42,485 bases of DNA from Catajapyx aquilonaris (Eukaryota): positions 1-42,485 of the forward strand of contig KZ538881.1 in the NCBI GenBank assembly GCA_000934665.2. Direction: 5' to 3'. The notes under the pieces were generated by a model. That model saw only the letters and a list, made by a program, of their open reading frames with translations, was not told the DNA's origin and made no database searches. Of this stretch, positions 37,243 to 42,485 are shown piece by piece. The position numbers and the translations under genes were made by a program. Within the stretch, counting starts at the first letter, position 1. The number at the start of each line of letters is the position of its first letter.

Positions 37243-37401
37243 ATTTGTAAATATTTTTTAAAATGGGTTCATTGCTCAGTGATCCGCTTCAATTCACGAA
37301 TTAATAAGATCGCAATATTGTGTGCAGAAAGCGAATTTTCAGCACGTGTCGATCGCAAATCGTTGCCCTTGTTTGTATCATAAACGGCTGGCTGGTTTGA
37401 A

Positions 37402-37445
37402 AGAGAGAGAGAGAGAAAAAGGGGGGGGGGNGGGGGGGAAGGGGG
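37402..37445. repeat. (AG)7 plus poly-G purine tract (N at 37431)
   Basis: Read directly. Confidence 0.9.
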
Positions 37446-39220
37446 CGCTGGAAAACAGTTAAAGAGACATGCAATGACTGTTTGCATGCGTATTAAAACG
37501 GATGTAGAACATCGCAAAATGCAGACTCCATCGCATTAGAAAACCCGTTAACTATGCCGGCTGTATTGATTTCAAATACCGGTAAATTGTTACAAACGAG
37601 TGCCATAAAAGAGCTAGTGCTGGGGTTTGAGCTAGTGCTTAATAACACTTATGGAGGACTGGAGGTGAGGGTATGCAGTGATGCTTTGAATGTAATTTCA
37701 CAGCGCTAAGGTGATTTATTCATCCGAGTCCCCTTCCTAGTGTCCCGTAAAATTTCGGGACACCTCCAGACTCAGCTGGTATTTTTATTGCGCCGTTAGG
37801 ATGGTGGCGGAAGTGAATGGAGCGGACCACAGAGTTCCGTGGAAAAGGGATTTTTGGCGCACTTTTTACGAGCCCATATTTTCCTCCCCAGGAACGTCAT
37901 GGTCGGACAATCATCATCAGTCAATTGCGCTGCCCTCTTATTTTTTGTGTGTGCGTGTGAATGAGGTGCATATCTGCATTTTGGCAATTTGGATTAGTGG
38001 GTTTGAAAAAATGTGGCCTTCAGCGGAGTTCGTTTTGCGGCTGGCTCGTGTTCGTTAATATTGAGAGAGCCCAGCTTTTGATTCAATGTTGAGCTGAGAG
38101 GAAGGTCCATTGTGGCGTCCTGGATGAAAGGAGAATGACTGCGATGTAATTCCGGTAGCACCTTGAATGAAAGAGAGGGGTGGTCAGGGTCGCCTGGAGA
38201 CTCTTTGTCCACGTCCAGGTGTCATTGAGAGGGATTACGACAGAGTGAGCACAATAGCTCGATTAGTGGCACAGGAGCTGTACACAAGGGAAGAACTTGG
38301 GGCGCGTGGTGAGCAAATACAGGAAGGCAATTCAAGTACGGCTCCCGGGGGGGTGGCGGATATTAAATAACGCAGGTGGCTCAGGAGGTCGACGGTAAGG
38401 CATTAAAGATGAGGAGCACAGAGATATTGAAAAGCTCGGAGGGTGACGAGATGTGGTCATGGAGACGACCTGATTTTATTCTGCCTTCTGGGTCTTAACA
38501 AGTTCAAGGGGATATGCCGTTTGATCTATAGTATAATGCATGCAAATTTTGAAGCGCCAGAAAAACCTGTAAGATATGCAGGTGACATATCAATAAATCG
38601 TGTAGGTGAATTGTTAAGGTTTAAATCAACACACAATTCCGAGAATTGAACTTTCACTGGGAACTCGATGTTCCAGAAAGGCCAGTGAAATTCAATTCTG
38701 CAAATGCGATCGAAGAATTTTGATTAGCCGCCTGATGACGTTGGCAATTTCAGAGTTTGTTGTTTTCTCACGTGAAATGTTTTTGCAGTACAGTGACACG
38801 TTTATGGATGCGAAAAAAAGAAGCTAATTATCATGTCTGAAGTTGGTAATTACAGTATTATTTGCGTATATATATAGAATTATCATGTTTTGGCCAGATG
38901 TGAAAAATAATACTCTCAGTCTCATATCATGCGATGCATATGTCGTGTTTCCTAACTCTTGTTTTGAAGAAAATATTTCTCTCTAAACTCTATCCACGTC
39001 TTATGAAATCCATCGGTTCATTGTCTCCTGTATAACTGCTTTTTTTTTTAAATGTCTGCCGCGTACAGTATAATCGTCTGGAATCATTTGTGCAAATAGC
39101 AGCCATATATTTCATAATGAGCGCATTTGCATGCATTCCACCTGTATCGATTGAGGTCATAATTCTTGTTGTTGTGTTGGTCAGTTAATGGCAAAATCCT
39201 CCCTAATCTTCTTTTCTCAG

Positions 39221-39287
39221 ACGGATTTCCATCGGCGTCAACCGGGTCCCCATCCCGATGAGCGCTATAGGAAATGACGTGATCTAG
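39221..39287 (+). other. Candidate 67-nt non-coding or poison exon
   Basis: Branch-like CTAAT at 39203-39207, tract CTTCTTTTCTCAG ending at 39220, consensus donor TAG|GTAAGT at 39288-39293. Stop codon in each frame (TGA, TAG, TGA). Confidence 0.45.
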
Positions 39288-39659
39288 GTAAGTGCACAAT
39301 TTTCTTGAAATTCTCGTCACATACCGGTCAGACTTGCACAAAATTCTGACTTCAAGTTTTTTGGTCGTGCACCAAGCGAAATTCAGGAATGGCGGGGGTG
39401 GAATGGGTGGGAGAAAAAGAGTGGGCAGTAAATGTCACCTCAGTCACTGGTTGGCGATGACAGGTAATGTCTGTACGGGACATGTGCGTGCAATTCCGGG
39501 GTCTACAGGAATGAAGTTAGGCCACGCATGGAAGAAAAGTAAAAAAACCTCCGGGAAGAAGTTGGAGCATGCGTTGAATTGTAGGATCCAATGGCTATTC
39601 CCCACATCACCCTTTGGCCTATATTTGGTTCGCGTGTACAAGTTTCGTATACGGGTTGT

Positions 39660-39674
39660 GGGTGGGTGGGTGGG
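39660..39674 (+). other. (GGGT)3GGG G-quadruplex-forming motif
   Basis: GGGTGGGTGGGTGGG read directly. Confidence 0.65.
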
Positions 39675-40290
39675 TCAGATCTGATTAAATCGCCCCCACG
39701 AAAGTCAACCCCGTAGTGATGTCAGATAGGCCAACGATTTTTCACGTGAAGGGAGTTTGAAACAATGAAGCGGCTTATCTTTTACCTGGGCAGTAGCCAC
39801 TGCCAGTATGTGTGTGTGTGGTTGATGTGGGAGGGTTTGGAAAATGGTCGGGGGGCGGAGAGAGGTCAGGGAAGACGAATACGGTCCATGCATAACACGA
39901 CAAGTTTTATCGACGATGTTGCGCCCTCTTTACCGCCAGCCAGACGGTACCTTTATTTTCACCCGGGCTGAAAATGCATGGTGTTGCAGGGGGACATGCA
40001 CATTGTGGGGCTTGGTATGCTATCGGAGGTGTAACTGTTTTTTTAAAAAGCATTGTGGCCTATCTTGAGTAGCGGTGCAGCAACAATTCAGAACCATCTT
40101 TATTATAAATCAGGACCCACAGCTTTGTTCCTCCAGGTGTCAATTATACCACGACGAGTTAAGAGCATGTTGTTTTTAAAAGAGGAAGTGGATTTTGGGT
40201 GTTGCAATCCTGGGGAGTAAAAAAATGTCTTGTTCGTATGTTTTGTGATATTGCATATTTCTAAATGAAAAAATTAGGTTACATGGTTTT

Positions 40291-40308
40291 AGAGAGAGAG
40301 AGAGAGAG
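40291..40308. repeat. (AG)9 microsatellite
   Basis: Read directly. Confidence 0.9.
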
Positions 40309-42485
40309 AAAAATGATGTCTTTGAGTATTTCAGTGTCCCAAATTATGGAGAGTACTGTGACCAAATAAAGCGAGGGCTTGATTGAACGGTAATTAAGGG
40401 TTCACCTGTTAAGTACTAAGCACAATATTAATGTGTCATTTATTGTTGAGACGACCATTCCACCGCTTATATATGATCTTCATTGTCAGTAATTAAGGCC
40501 TGGTTGTATCAATGCACATGAAGGGAATGTCTCTGATAACGTAGATGAATTAGCAACACATTTCTGGAGATTTTGCATTAATTTGCTTTTTTGTCTGAAT
40601 ATTTATTTTGCGGCCTTACCATTTTTCTACTGGACTGTCACCTGGTTCTGCGGGGTCATTCATTTCCATCTCGCAGACGCTGAACTCGAAGCTTATGTGT
40701 CCAGTTTCTATAGTGAAAATGGCTATATTAATGCGTTAAAAAAAGCAGTTGAATGATAGCAAGTGTTTCTGCACCCTGCTAAATTAGCGGACGACCGGTT
40801 GTCCCAGCATGTTGAGAGAAAAAATGTGTCTCATTTGAAACCATAATTGCCACCTCACATGTACATGACGTGGGCCTGTTTTTCGACCCCCTTCCCCCTT
40901 ATAAGCCAGCAGCAGCAGCACTTGGTGTTGATGGGGCAACGGCCCCTTCATGGTAAAAGTCGTGGTCACCGCAGCAACATGTCCTCTCCGAACAAGGACT
41001 CTGAAATTAATAAGACTTGGAGCCGAGCTGACAGGTGTTCCCCGTCAAGTGCCAGGCACGGAAGACGTACGTTTTGTTCCGTAATGTACAGCGCTACCGA
41101 AATTACCTGGGAACCAGTTGCGTGCACAAGAAGTAGAAGAAGGAAAAAAATGAAGAGGCGCGACCCCTGGGTCGTCTTCGCATGGTTGTGTACTATACAG
41201 TATGTGCTTGTAGAAAAAGAAGAGCAAACTTCACAGGAGGCGCCGGCGCCTTTTAAGACATTTTTTAATTGCCAGATGCAAACAACCTTGCGAATTTATT
41301 ATTGTTATTACGATTATTTTATCGTCCTCGACTGGCCTTGAACAATGCCTACTGGGAAGCCCTCTGTCGGGGTCATTGTCTTCAAATAGACGCATTCGTG
41401 ACTTACCCCTTCTCTAAAATAGCACGGAAGGACGCTGTAAGAAGGAGGGGGGGATAGAAAAATGAAGTGGTTCCTCCACCTCTTCTTCTTCTCCCAGAGG
41501 AAGGTCGCCCATGCCAGAAAATTAGTGGCGGTGGTCTCAGGGACGTAGTTTTATTAGCAACTAGTTGGAATCCGCCCAAAGTGCGAGCGCAATCGCTGTG
41601 AAATCTGCCTGAATTCTTGTGGGATTTTGCGTGTCTGCTGGAAATAAAATAAAATAAGGATGGCCCCCAACGGATTTATAATTATACACGCGTAGTCTAT
41701 AAATAGGCGCCGTAAGTGATACTGCCCCCTTTGCACAATATGAAATAAATGCGGTGCGCATAATTACACGCCGAGCATGCCCCGTTATTTTACTTACAAA
41801 ATAGGCGTCTGCAGGATAAGACTCTCGGAAAACTGTGGATGCGGGACAGAAAATGTGCAGAAATAAACCTGGCAAGGTCAAAAAAAATTGTGTGCCAAGA
41901 GTCCACAGCTTAACAATGGAGGCGGGTGATATAGATTGTTTACACTATCTGGGACTGGAGTAAAGAGCAACAATCGCAAGTGCATGCGACCCTGATTCTT
42001 GTGTCCAACGGATTGTGTAGGGGACAGTATTACACTCAGAAAAATATTGCGCGCACTTTTAGATTTTTCGGGTAAAATTGTCGCGGACATGCACAACTAA
42101 TGTGTGACTCACGCGAAAACCATTGAAAGCGGTGTAGCAGCCTATCAAATTAAATATTGCAGAACCTAATAACCGAATTGTCGTTTTTGTTTAAAATTAA
42201 TGTTAATGTTACACGAATCTGTATGTTTCAGCATAACCTAGTCACGTATTTAGAAAGCCCCCTGTAGGTACTTGTACATAGATTTTTTTTTGGTCCCTCC
42301 ATGATCATGCTTTGGCCATCACGCTAATTGCAAAGCCGGTGCAATAATTCACAAACGGTCGCATGGTCTCTCCCCAAGTCGGTTTGGAAAGGAGGTCCCA
42401 TAATTATTGCGCCTTGCCTTGCTTGCCTTCCCAACAGTTGCAAAAAAAAAAAAACAAGACGATGGTCATATGTCCGAGCTGAGGG

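Larger units (their letters stand above)
1..42485. other. Eukaryotic (animal) non-coding DNA: long intron / 5'UTR / intergenic regulatory region
   Basis: Only short, overlapping ORFs on both strands, many built from homopolymer runs, none with a recognisable domain. Abundant A/T and G/C homopolymers, microsatellites, MITEs and spliceosomal-type signals. No prokaryotic gene density. Confidence 0.9.

Noticed and set aside
15254..38738. CTGATGA occurrences (about 15254, 23324, 38732) as hammerhead ribozyme cores
   Set aside because: No stem II followed by GAAA with the required flanking helices could be built.
40494..40512. TAA-GGCCTGGTTGTATCAA as a PIF/Harbinger-like end
   Set aside because: No matching inverted end found in the window.

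Overview
This window reads as non-coding animal genomic DNA: a long intron, 5'UTR region or gene desert. An arthropod source is suggested only weakly, by a short (TTAGG)3 tract and TA-CAGGGTG transposon ends. None of the listed ORFs resembles a protein family I can recognise, and I see no rRNA, tRNA, CRISPR array, operon structure or known miRNA. The best-supported features are four miniature inverted-repeat transposons and a diverged ~184-bp tandem duplication at 36901-37242. The transposons are an 88-bp near-perfect palindrome at 11466-11553, an 80-bp element at 26534-26613, and a 269-bp hAT-type element nested in the right TIR of a ~74-bp mariner-type element at 29223-29573. Two + strand exon candidates have canonical splice signals and stops in all three frames (2725-2900, 39221-39287); they would fit one transcript with a very long intron. 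Other weaker signals are candidate TATA/Inr promoters, AG|GT recursive-splice-like sites, and an apparent excess of CRE (TGACGTCA) and Su(H)/CSL motifs. There is one 31-N assembly gap and three single Ns in G/C homopolymers. I found no convincing new multi-gene system; the interest lies in nested and minimal MITEs and possible regulatory or splicing architecture.
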